Shown here: positions 41,184-54,091 of the stretch, piece after piece
Position numbering within the stretch: the stretch's first letter is position 1
Layout: every line of letters starts with the position of its first letter
DNA from: Chrysomallon squamiferum
Taxonomy: Eukaryota > Animalia > Mollusca
NCBI GenBank assembly: GCA_012295275.1
Contig: CM022672.1
Location: 23,374,001-23,438,000 of the forward strand
DNA: 64,000 nt
Direction: 5' to 3'
The notes under the pieces: generated by a model
What the model was told of the DNA's origin: nothing
Databases searched by the model: none
Seen by the model: the letters and a program-made list of their open reading frames with translations, nothing else
Made by a program: the position numbers and the translations under genes

Positions 41184-41246
41184 ACTGTTTAAGAGGTAAG
41201 TCGCAAATGAAACCCATCTCGTCTCTATCATCAAAAGACTGCTGAA

Positions 41247-41518
41247 CTGTAATGTGATTCGACTAGCGTTCTCTAGATGTCACCTTAGTGCAGCTTTTTC
41301 CTGTTTTAGCTGTAGCAAGGCAGTGATTGCACTCGTGTAAATGTCTTTGGTAAACTGCCCGGAAAAGAACTGAGGTTAGACTCGACACCTCTACATCATA
41401 ATTAATTTAATTTTATGTCTTTGAATGTGGATAAAGCACAAAACATTAAGTACTTTGGACATATAGTTTTCAAAAGACACCCGATACATTTTTCCCTTAG
41501 CAAAAAGGTATTGTTTTT
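41247..41518 (+). repeat. Unclassified repeat of about 270 bp, copy 1
   Basis: Colinear high similarity to 45002-45274, with shared blocks ctgtaatgtgattcgactagcg, gtctttggtaaactgcccggaaaa, gtctttgaatgtggata and attaagtactttggacatat. Confidence 0.9.
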
Positions 41519-42806
41519 ATGTGTGTGTTTTTTTTTTTTTTTTTTTTTGAAGTACGTCTATATATATATATATATATATTTCAGTACATCCTGGTTAGTG
41601 ATTACGGTTATCTATATCATCTATTTATTGATACGTAATTAGTCATGTATGTAACCCAACCATATCACTAATCTTTAATATTTATTAACTGAAGACAACG
41701 TGTTTTCCTTCATTAACAAGAATTCTTAAAAACAGACTAATGAAACAATGAAGAAATAGGAATGAAACCAGCAATTGTCACAGGAAACAAAACTATTCGG
41801 AAATACGCAGATGGGATTAATCCTGAAAAAGTAATCTTCTGTCTATTTCTATCTCGTACGCACTGATTCGGTGATTTAGAACAATTCGAGATTCACAAGT
41901 CTTTATGACGAAATTAGAGACACAGAGAGAGAGAGAGAGAGCAGCTTAAATAGCATCGTTTGCCCTCTAATCCTTTCCTCGGTGTGTTAGAAGATTATAG
42001 ATTTTTATATTCGTGCGTCTGAATGAAGGTTTGTATAACGATATCTTAGCATACTAATAGCTTTAGAAATTTGGCTTTGGTACTTTAGTAATATTCACAC
42101 AAAAAAAAAAAATAGCACCTGCTATCCTTCTCCGGGCTACCCTTGTTGATTGACCTTTCATACATGATTCTCAGTAGACAGGAAAGCATGTATCACTGAT
42201 GTTTAAAAAAAATTAAATAAAAACAAAATCTGTCTGCTGCACTGTTTGAGGCAGGAAAAATCCTCCAGAGCTTAACCTGATGATAATGGATCCTATAGAG
42301 TCAGGCCAGAGTTGTAACAACAGACCAATAGCTTGCTCCTCCACACTAACCTATACACCCACACGATGATAGACTACCGATGTCAATTGATCCTGCAGCC
42401 CATCAGTCTACAGTTAAGTATCCTCATCATTACAAGACGCATTTAAAACTCCAGCCCCCAAAAAAAAAAATTGAAAATAATAATAATAATAATAATAATA
42501 AAAAATAATAATAATAATAATAAATATAAAAAAATCAGTGAGTGAGACAGCGAAATAAAAGAAATGAGTAACGAGGTGAAAGTTTCAAGTATTGAACATT
42601 TCCTTAAACTTGCTACATAAACATCTGATTAAGAGCTTCCAACGTTGTGGTATCAAATCTGTTTTTAACTTGTTGATGTGTTAGGATAGTTGCCAGGGCC
42701 AGGTCACTTAGCTTTGATGGTAATTGTAGATTTTCTGGCAATGAAAAATAAGTAAGATTGATTCTGGGAAATAAGTAATTCCCATAGATCACAGTTAAAG
42801 AATAAA

Positions 42807-42841
<35 letters not shown>

Positions 42842-45001
42842 ATAGGAAATGATACTGTAAATATGTCTGTACAAATTGTACAAGTCTATTACCGGCAGCA
42901 TTACGACTGTAAATATTTTCATAGAGACATGTTTATTTAGTTTCTTATTTCGAAATAGCAAACAGACACCACATAAATATTAAGATGAAATTTACTGCAG
43001 TGGCGTTCATGATAAAACGTCAGTGTGAAAGAAGAACTGAACGGATCAGTTGTCACTACAAACCAACCTTGGCGTTAAAACGGGAAATTAGTACGACCGG
43101 AACCGCTACCACATCTTCTTTCAATCACCTCACACACTAATGTCTTAGGCAGACAACCCATGCTCCTTGAACATGTAAACACGATTCACACTGTTGCTGT
43201 TTCCTTGATTAGTACTACCACGTAATAATCCAGAACATTTTGAGGAATTATTTAATTATTCTAGCGTGGTGACATATAGTGAAAAAATATATACCTTCTC
43301 CCGTTCAAGCTAACTACAGACACACGTAATTTGGAAACGAATACCAAAAACTTTTGCTTTTTTATTTTGTACATGATAGACACCAGTCAAAATAACAGGT
43401 TTAAATATATATTTCAGATGATGTGTATGAAGAGAAACAAAAAGTAGAAAAAGTTAAAATGATAAAATAAACGTTTGTATTAGAAAGATTATGCAGAAAT
43501 GAAGTTCGATATATACTGATACATAAACATATATACACTCAGACATAAACATCATAAAAAAGTCAAAAACGACAAAGAAAATATATCTCAACCACATGAA
43601 GAGGATTATTTTAGCTATTTTTAAACAAAGATAGCCCTTTCTGTAAAACAATCCTTCTCCATTGCAGTGTGTTACTTCTATATACATTTCAATTTGATGT
43701 CTACATTATTACCTTCTATAATGACGCTGAAAACTTCCGACGTACTTCCAAATGTGCATCACTGCTATTGTCGCTGACCGTGGTGACCAGAAACAATACT
43801 GGTAATTGTTACAAACCGCCACTATTTAATGAGCAGTTAGCTGTTACTTGCCGTCAAAAACAGGAATGTTTTCTATAAACGTCGTATTTATCTACGTCTG
43901 ACAAGCGAAAGATGATCAAGGAATTAATGACAGAGGAGTACTGGAACAGCTTTCTAGTATCTTTAAGAAAACTGTCCCACTTTATCATTTCATTTCCTTT
44001 TGTCTGATGTGTCGCAAGATCAAACATGATGAACTCTTGGGACATCTCCAATTTCAGCAAGTACACTTTGGCCAGTGAACCGTGGCTTGTGCTTTTCGTT
44101 CTGTGAGAATGTACCTAACAGAAGATTCCTTGCTCTTAGAAGGCTGGAATAGCCTATTTAAATGACTGACTTCTTCTGTCATGCGCATATCTTTACGTTT
44201 TAATGGATGATGATTTGAACAGTGTCCGTTAAACGAAATCATAGAGGTCAAACGAAAAATAGTCTACAGAGTATAGTATATAATTATACTAATGATAATT
44301 TCAAAGCTTTATTTTTTATTTCGGATAATGAGTTTCTATTCTGTAATTTACACATGCGCCGAAAAATTCATTTATATTTATCACTGTGTTATATGTCTGG
44401 ACTTAATGGAATTGTCGACTCAATTTGTTGGCGTTTTTCTGTCTACAAGAGTTCTAATTAATGACCGATATTATTTCCTCCGTCGTCAGTTTCAAGAAAG
44501 AAAGAAAAAAAAAGATTATGAGAATGTTCTCAGCGAACTTTGTAGTTTGTGCAGGATACTGATAAAAAAAAAATATATATATATATATATATTTTACAAG
44601 AAACATTTACAACGCGAATTTTTCACATACGTACACACGCATAAACACTCACACACGTGCACAAACACACAAGTAACAAACGAGAGTTATCGGAAAGATT
44701 AATTATACTGTGAAAAGTCTAGATTCGTCTATACTATTTCCGAGCAAAATTGAATATTCAAATTAATAATGTGTTTTCATAATGTGCTTATGGGTTCTTA
44801 TCTTACAAACCTAATTTGCTTTGAAGAATTAGTGGAGCTGAGGCCCACTGCAACCTTATATTTTCCTATATTTTTCCTAATATAAATACCTAACATACTC
44901 ATTATTCTTTTAAATGGTCAATTATATCCTAATATATCGACAGACGTTGTCATAATGATTAAGGAAATTCTGTTTTACAGTCTTGAAAAAAAAATGCAGG
45001 T

Positions 45002-45274
45002 CTGTAATGTGATTCGACTAGCGCTCTGTAGCTGTCACCTTCGTTATCGTCACAAAGTGCAGCTTTTTCCTGGTTTAGCTGCAGCAAGGCAATAACTGCA
45101 CTCGTGTATACGTCTTTGGTAAACTGCCCGGAAAAAAACTTAAGTTAGACTCGACAGCTCTACATCACAATTATTTTTATTTTTATGGTCTTTGAATGTG
45201 GATACAGTATAAAATATTAAGTACTTTGGACATATGGGTTTCAAAAGACACCGTAATAGGAAGGTATTGCTTTT
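45002..45274 (+). repeat. Unclassified repeat of about 270 bp, copy 2
   Basis: Direct-orientation copy of 41247-41518 with small indels. Confidence 0.9.
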
Positions 45275-46166
45275 GTGTATCTTTCTCCAGATAACACATA
45301 CCATGGACAATGTTAATCAGTCTATTGTGCTGAGCTGTCAAATATATAATTACAGGACTATATTTATTATACTTACGTTGAACATATTGATTATTTTTAA
45401 ATGCATATCAACACTGTGATTGCAAATATAAAAAAAATAAAATAAGGCACATTTCGAAGCAGGGTCTGTGGTACATTCATAGCAGTCGATTGTCAAGTAC
45501 TAAAAAATTTGGGTTATGTAATAATTTTTAGTTTACTTCATCGATTTCTTTTACACTTTCTGAATAAAATAACCCCAAATACCAAACAAAAGCAATAAAA
45601 AAAAAAATCTAAATCGCAATCACTGCTCTAGCTGTTCAAGATCATTACATGACTTCATTTCAAAATATGCATCTCAGTTCCAGCTACCGCTACTGCCATT
45701 TCTGGTGTTGTTGTATCATAAAAACCTTAATATAGAGTTTAAATTTAAATTTATGTCCATTTACATGTTTTACTGACGCTGATAAAGACCAGGTCTGTTT
45801 CAAAACCCTCTAGTAAGATGATTCCGTAAATGTATTGCTGGTTTTGTTTTTGCAAAGATCTATGAAATCTATTGAACGCCTACCGAAAACACCTAATTCA
45901 GAACAGCCATTTCAGTAGGCTGTTTAACATCACGTTATCCAGTAGATTATAAATTAATCTTGCCTTGTTGCTCTATTTTCTTTGTCTCACAGGTTCACCG
46001 GCAGAGTAATTCAGTACATCAACACAGTAGTTAGTTAAATGTCTTAAACAAGTGATGTGATTAAATAACAAGTAATCAATACTTATTATGATTATATAAT
46101 AATTCTGAAATTGCAATAAAATAAAAGATCTTTGTGATTTCTGGATTTATCTCTCTATCTATGTCT

Positions 46167-46250
46167 GTGTAACGGCTGCATATTTGTGTTCATATTTAGT
46201 AATATTCTTCTCTGACTGACTGTCTTTCTGTGTCTGTCTGTCTGTCTGTC
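46167..46250 (+). repeat. Short dispersed repeat preceding a microsatellite, copy 2
   Basis: gtgtaacggctgcatatttgtgttcatatttagtaatattcttctctgactg is similar to 20888-20950. Both copies run into (CTGT)n/(CT)n. Confidence 0.75.
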
Positions 46251-48428
46251 TCTCTGATGCAGACAGAGAGTGAGAGATATTGATGATTCCATTTTCAGCG
46301 GCATTAGCATAGAAAATTTACATTAAAAACAAAATTATTCACTTGTTAAATTTCTTTTCAAACTGCAATCGCCAAGAACAAAATTAGTCAGAAAACTTAT
46401 AACATTCCTTCATTATCCTTTTTCACATAAAACTGTTTGATAATCTATCGCCTGCAGTACTTTTATGATTACATTTTAGATATTCATTTACGTTTTCACA
46501 GAGTGGTAAAAAAAGAAAAAAAAAAAGTAATAAAAGACCATAATATTATTTAGGCATGCAGACACTTTTCAAAATAATTCTTGCGTGATACGGATTATGT
46601 CCACTAATCAGAAGAGTTCTTTCAGAGAATCAGGTGATGTGTCAACGTGATGAGAGCTCTTATCCCTCATTTTATTGGTTTGTCAATAGTCGCATCAACT
46701 CCGGTGAAGCACACATAAAACTGCTTGTATGTTGTCGGTTATGTTAACAAATATAAACACAGAAATTCTTTTATCAGTTTACAGTGATTGCATATCATAT
46801 CTGAAGAGTACCCCAAGCACTCGAAAATACATACAAACAGACGCAAACGTAGACACACACAAAAAAGGAAAACATAAATAAAACAGATTAGGTCGAACAT
46901 AAATTATTTGATAGAAGACGTGTAATGATGTGTTTGGTACTAACCGTCTTCGCCCTTCCCTGACATCGGCTGTATCAAATTAAAAAGAAAAAAAAGTATA
47001 TGAGGAAATTTTGACAAGAAACACACCATCTTCCCTGTCATTTACTTGTTTTATGTTTAGTACAAAACCATGACATGAATAGATAATGGAACAAAAATGC
47101 TTGTTTACAAATAGGTACAGGAAATCAGACTAGAGACTGACTTAAAAACAATCCCTGAGTTAAACGGAGACCAAGAACGATTTGCAAAACACACAGAGAT
47201 CAAATAAAATCCAACAACAAGGCCATTTCATTTAGTCATAAACTACTGTAAGAGTAATCCAGAGAGACATTTTCGAGCTAATAATGATTCAGAGAAAATG
47301 CAGCAACGAGAACAGTATCGAGGACATTAACAATAATAACAATTATTATTATTGTTGTGTTTTTTTTATTATTGTTATGTTGTTGCATTAACTGTTTCTT
47401 TCTGAGTTGTTTTTTAAATTTATTATTAACTAAATCACATTTTGAACAAACGAAGTTATAAATAAAAATAGCAGTAGTCATTTTGTTTGTTTGTATATTT
47501 AAGTGGGTATTTTTTATTTTTTGTTTTTGGTATTTTTATGTGTGAATGATGTGTACTTATCTCGAACATAACACTTATGGATAATTTAATGAAAATTATG
47601 AGATAAATTTGTAACCCAGAAAATCTGGATACATTCATGAATTAATGAAAAACTAAAAACGAAATGCCGTGATGATAAAAAAAAAACACTGAATTTTCTG
47701 TTCTGTCAGTGTTTTCATACACAGCTTTTAGCAATATTGTATCTCGTGCCGTTCACGGAAGCGGAAAGTACTTTTAACAAACAATGATGTCTGCACGAAT
47801 CAGAAACCACTGATTTTTAACGGACATTAAAAGGCGCTATTCGCGAATCTCGTTTCACAAGTTCTTCAATCGTTATTTATAAATTATTTATGGAAGAAAC
47901 TACGAGCACCAGACACTACTTAGCACTGCTGATGGTTACGAAATAATCTGACTTCCAACTGAAGACACGAACACAATTATTCACACCAGCCCGCAACTAT
48001 TGGGGCATAAACGTGCATCAGCAACGGAACCTCTTAAGGGTACTAAATGATAAACTTGACATAAAACCTTTTGAAGTTTCACATAAATAGATTCATTGCA
48101 ATAAACTACGTAGTTGTTTGTAGTTGGCATTTTTCGTTGTTTTTTTATTTTTATTTTTTATTTTTTTGGTTGCATGATTTTCCATGGTCTTTGTTGTGAC
48201 GTTATCCTTTTTTCATTTAATTATTGTAATATAGACAGGATATTATTAATAAAATTTACGTTAATATTTAAAGTTTAATATAGGCTTACTGATAACTATA
48301 TCGCCTAAGATATACATGCAGACACAAACGGATTCTTCATAAAGAAATGACATTTTAAAAATAAATTATGCATAAAATGAAATGTCATATCTACTAGAAA
48401 CGCGAAAGTACATTTATGCGCTCCTTCA

Positions 48429-48431
<3 letters not shown>

Positions 48432-48500
<69 letters not shown>
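48432..48500. repeat. (TA)n microsatellite
   Basis: Perfect dinucleotide run. Confidence 0.95.
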
Positions 48501-48512
<12 letters not shown>

Positions 48513-48656
48513 CATACGAACACATCTCACACACCCACAAGGACACACCCACAAACACACATAAACAACAAAATGGGCACCAACACGAATACAAACATAA
48601 CTGAATACATACAACTTTGTGACTAATTGCCCACAATGCATTGTTAGTTGCTACCA

Positions 48657-48847
48657 CCTCGACAATTCTTACTTCCTGCTATCAAGTTTCGGCAGCAGCT
48701 CTTCTCCTATGTAGTTTTTGCAACGTGCACTCCTCGACAATTTACTACATCCTGTAATTATGTTTTGGCGGTGGCTGGCCTCCACAGCGTTATTCGTTAA
48801 TTTCCACCATTCGTATTAAAGTTTGGCAGTGGCTCGCCTCTTATGTG
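48657..48847 (+). repeat. Degenerate tandem repeat, about 3 units of 60-75 bp
   Basis: cctcgacaatt occurs twice (48657 and 48732). A gttt(c/t)ggc(a/g)g(c/t)(a/g)gct..ctc block occurs three times. Confidence 0.55.
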
Positions 48848-49479
48848 CTAGTCTTGTTCGTTGCCTCCGGACTAACAACTTATCTCATGGTCTCAGCGAG
48901 CTACTTGTATTTGTCGCTCTTTGACGAGATCTTTTCAATCGCAATTTTGTTTAATGAACTCAATTATTCGTCCAAGCTTTATCAACCTGTATTCTCTTTA
49001 GGGGTTTAACACCTCATTTGCGATAGCGTACTGCCTGTATACCATGATCACGTGCGTTTGTCTCGTTCTTTCCTACGCCAGTGTTTTTAACAAAATCTAA
49101 GTGACGTACCGCGGATGTGGAGATCTTTTCACTGCCGACGTTATTTGGTCGTTTATGTTTTTTTGAATCCTTTTGCCTAAAATGTCATGTCTTTTAAATA
49201 GTTTCGCAGGACATCAAATGTGATACTGTACGAATTAAAAATATCTGTAATACTCTTTTAGACTGAGAATCTGGAAATAACAACCAGAAGAACAAACCAC
49301 ATCGTTAAAGGAATATTTAGGTCAAATATAAGACTTACGTGTTAGAGAGATGGGTTTTTCTTCATGTTCCAACAAATATCAGGCATTTAAAAAAAAATAA
49401 TAATAATAAATTAAGAAGAAGAAGGAGAAAAAAGAAAGAAAGAATAAGCATTAATGAAAAAAATAAATAAATAAAATAA

Positions 49480-49531
<52 letters not shown>

Positions 49532-51433
49532 TCTTTTCTTTAATAATAATAATTCTAACATTTTCTTTTTTTCCCCCAGCTAACATTCCCCGCTAAAACC
49601 CAGCTGGATCTATTCTAAATAATATTTAACATCACCGGCAAATCTTTGTTTTCAAATAGAAAATTCGAAGACGGTCAAATGATCATCTAATCAGCGAGCT
49701 GCAGTCTGTAGAGTACAACAAATTTATACGATTATCGAAAACAAAATTCTCGTTATACAATCCATACTCCAAACATTTAATTTCTGTGAACTATTTTTTT
49801 TTTTTTTTTTTTTTTTATCTGGCAAGTATATTGCGATTTTAACGAGAAAAACATATTAATAACCAAAACGGTTAAAATAAAAAATAAATATGTGACATAA
49901 AAAAACTTATTAACACAAAACTATACAAATATGTATATACATTTACAAATGATTACCTAAATTTCTGATTCGGGAGGATTACACATTAGCTAACGGTATT
50001 CCATCAACAGTGACACAGCAAGGTGAATGTTACGTGTGCCTCCTTAGGATAATGCTTCAGTAAACACGTTACATATTAAATACGCTGTCAGGATAATGAA
50101 AAAACAGTGTAGGCTGTAGAGTACATATCAAACGACCACCGGCTAATGCTCGGAACAAGGTGCCCATGTAGCAGCTGGTGTAATCCCATTAGTTTAGTAC
50201 AATACGAGAACTGAAATGAAATCAGATTTGCATGAAGTAACGGACTAACTGCCTTGTCACATTAAATACAGGTTTTATGTAATTTACGAGATGTAAATTA
50301 ATAAACAAATATGCAAAACCTCATAGAAAAAAGGAATAGAATAAGAACAAATATATGATATTCATGTGTGGGGGAAAAGCCTGCCGCACAGCTCTATTAC
50401 TGAGCAAGATAATAAAACTGATAAGCCAGCCATAATGATGCAGCAGTTGGAGTTATTGCTCTGCTCTGATAATGTTACTTAAATAATGACATTGTTGCTA
50501 ACATTACAACTACAATCACATTACAGCTATTACTGTTATAATGTCATAGTTGTTTGCTCTTTGTTCTGGAAAAACAAAAAAAAATTCCCTATCGTTGCAA
50601 AAACTGCATTATTTCTAATGCAGCTATTACAAAAAAACAGGTTTATGTGTGGAAACGTATAAATTTAGTATAATAAACGCCCTCTGTGAGAAAGTACTTG
50701 TACTTTTCTATCTAAAGTCATAACCATTAGACATACGATTCATACTGATAACAAAAACAAAAAAAATCATATTAAAGTACTAGTAGCCTATAAAATCTGA
50801 CACGTAGCCCAATCTTAAATACGAAGCCATAGAAAAAGTATTAATTATCAGACATTAACGTGTTTTTAACAGTCTTCATTATCCCACACCTAACTTGACA
50901 GGGATGATCTCACAAAATCCACGTGGTTGAGTTTTGCCAAAAGACAAACAAACAAAAAAAATACACTTGTATTTATACGTTGGTGCTGATTTAAAATACA
51001 TTCTCTAGCTAATGGCGACTTATCTGTGTTAACTGAAGATTAGGTGCAAATTAAAACATTAGAAAAATGATTTAAATCTCAGTGAACTTGATATAATAAT
51101 TTACAAGGTGAAATGTGTTGTAATTTATATAATGCATTGCAATATAACTGCATACATCGTGCAAAAATACTAAACTTGAAAAGACAGTGAGTATATGTTA
51201 CAGTAATGAAACAAACACATGCTATATTTACTTGGTTCTATCCTGTGTTATTTTTATAATCTGACCTCAACTGACGCATGAAAATGGTTTGAAGTAAACA
51301 AGATTGACTAAAATATTGTGATTGAATAAGATGGATATTTCTGTTTCAGGAAAATAAATGTATTAATGTGCGGTATTTTTTTTCTATTTTTCTTTCTCTC
51401 TTTACAGAATATATAATTATTGGTGTGTGTATG

Positions 51434-51464
<31 letters not shown>

Positions 51465-51480
51465 GTAGATAATGTGATAT

Positions 51481-51599
51481 ATATGATTCATTATTCCTGA
51501 CCTCTGCGATGCACTCGAAAGTTAAAAAGAGCCAGCAATTGTGTCACCAAGGACTGGGCATTGTCTAATAGCTATTCCTGGTTTAAACATATATATCAC

Positions 51600-51636
<37 letters not shown>

Positions 51637-51739
51637 AGATAGATAGATAGATATAGATAATGTGATATATATGTGACACAATTGCTGGCTCTTTTTAACT
51701 TTCGAGTGCATCGCAGAGGTCAGGAATAATGAATCATAT
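51481..51739. repeat. Perfect 67-bp inverted repeat with nested inner palindrome
   Basis: 51481-51547 is the exact revcomp of 51673-51739. The inner segment 51588-51673 is itself a palindrome centred on a (TATC)n/(GATA)n junction. Confidence 0.95.
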
Positions 51740-53011
51740 TACCAGTCCATCTAGACTGCATAATTAACCATTGATTTTTCTCGTTCCAACCGTGTCATGT
51801 AAGGACATATATGTTACAAAATTAATACAAACAGTAAAGGAAAATGAAGAAGGATTATTCGGTTTAAAGATCAGAATAGTGACATACTTTGATTTTCAAT
51901 AACCGGTGATGGAAAATAGGAATACTAGTCGCCAATATAAAAAAGCAGCTCTTGGCTGGGCAATATTTACACTGTGCTTCAATATTGGATTCTCTGCTCT
52001 GTGCAACGTCTAGGTCAGGATGGCATGTAAAGACAAACATTTACTCTGTAGTTAGAAACTCACATTAACTCACATTAGCGTAGATCGTCAACTAGGGCAC
52101 CTGCTGCATAATGTCACATTATTCGCAAATTAATTTAAGTTTCTGAAATATTAAAAGGTAAAGACACGTTCAGTGAACCATTTTAAAATTTGCTGTATTT
52201 TATTTTATTTTATTTTATTTATTTTGCGTATCGGACAATATGACAGATCGTAATTTTAATACATGATATAAATTAACGCTCAAAATTGAAAAATGAAAAC
52301 TTGATTGTTGTGTCTGTAATTTCCGAAGGAAAATATTTTAATAAGGAACTCAAGTTTCGAGGTCGTTGCCCAGAGTAGAATATCTGAAAACAGATCCTGA
52401 ATATAATATCCAAGATGTACTCAGTTCCATAAACTGAAGAAAATAAAATAAACATATAGTCTCACACACTCAGGGACAAACACACGCACACGCATACAAA
52501 CACAGCCATACACACACACACACGTTTGGACACAAGCCTATCAGTTGTTACTAAAATCATTTAAAGGATCACTATTTGCCGGACTTCGGAAAATCCGGAA
52601 AATTCGGGACAATATAAAAATATTTTCGAATCTACTTAAATTCGGTCCAGTGCGGGAGTAAGTCATCTATGCATTCATGCTCTGCATGCTCTTTTTCATG
52701 TTAGAATTCTCAAGTTATAACACTGTGTGATTGTGGGGCGTGTGTGTGCGATCCTTCAAACTTAGCTACATGACTGAAATATTGAAAATTCTCCGTGGGC
52801 AAAAGTGATATGACTATGTGATATTCTTCACGTGAAACTAATATTATCTAAAACAATCATTTTCTTAAGGAACAAAAACCGGAAAAACACAACAACAAAA
52901 AAACAAAAACAAAAACCCACAAGTAAACAAAACAAAAAATGTTAAATAAAGTAAATTAAAAATGAAAGAAAATTCTCCAAATAGACATTTAATTTCTTTA
53001 TATATTATTAC

Positions 53012-53060
<49 letters not shown>

Positions 53061-54060
53061 GTTATTTTTTTTTTTACTATAATAAGTTATCAAAATTTAA
53101 TATTTAAGAGGTTCGATGCCTGTAATATTTATTGAAAATTATCAAAAACAATTCTGAAAGATTATTGAAAATTTCAATAAATAGTACAGAATGGTTTCTG
53201 TCTGAATGTCTGTCTCTTTTTCTACCCATTCATCTATCCCTCTATTTACTTTTCTGTCAGTTTAATATCTATCGATCGATCCATATTTATTGTAATACGT
53301 AAAGCACAGTTCTAAACAGAATTTACAAAAAAAAAAAAAAGAGAGAGAAATAAATCAGGGTCAAGAGCATTTAAAATAACGGTAAACAATGAATTTGCGT
53401 GGGCTTGTTATTTGTTATCTTCTTATGCATTAGGTTATGCATTTGCATTTAAAGAGTTTTATACACTTTTTAGATTACGTAGCCAAAACGGTACTTTGAC
53501 GGTTAGTTAACACTCTGTTAATTTCAGAATTGTCGTAATTCCTATTCATCGCATTTCTAAGCATCACACCAAAGTTTGAAATGTAGTCAGAGCATAAACA
53601 GCTATCGACCCAGTAAAAAATATATATTTTGATTTGTGTGGCGCTGGTAGAGAGGTAGGTATAAAAATATCTTCAATATCCTTCAATATCTTTTATTATG
53701 TAACAGAATACAGATATCTCCACGAATTTCCATTACGTATACATTGATTCTGTCAGTCTCGGACATAATATTTTAGGATGCAGAAGCAGCTTAACCCATT
53801 AAAAATAATAATTCTGACTTATAGAAAACATTGGGTTACGTAGTCTCAGGTTTAATTTCTTTAACTGTGGAAAGAAATGCTTGTAAAGCAGAAGAAACTG
53901 TCGAAGAAAATGAAGAAAATAATTACTGGTTCATTTATTTCTGTCAGTTTTTGTTGTTTATTTGGATGTTCTTATATATATATTTGTCATAGTTTTTGAC
54001 GTAAGTCAGTTATCGACTTCATTTACCAACTAATTTTTTCGATTATTTCTTAATTTTCTT

Positions 54061-54091
<31 letters not shown>

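Noticed and set aside
43854-44251. Two adjacent minus-strand ORFs that could be a frameshifted gene or TE remnant
   Set aside because: No motif I can recognise, and the lengths are within chance expectation.
41247-45274. Intact LTR retrotransposon bounded by the two direct repeats
   Set aside because: Similarity runs past the candidate ...ACA end, and there is no TSD, PBS, PPT or gag/pol motif in the interval.
45770-45816. Penelope-type hammerhead (ttactgacgCTGATAAagaccaggtctgtttCAAAaccctctagtaa)
   Set aside because: Both catalytic boxes deviate (CUGAUAA, no GAAA). At best an unrecognisable relic.
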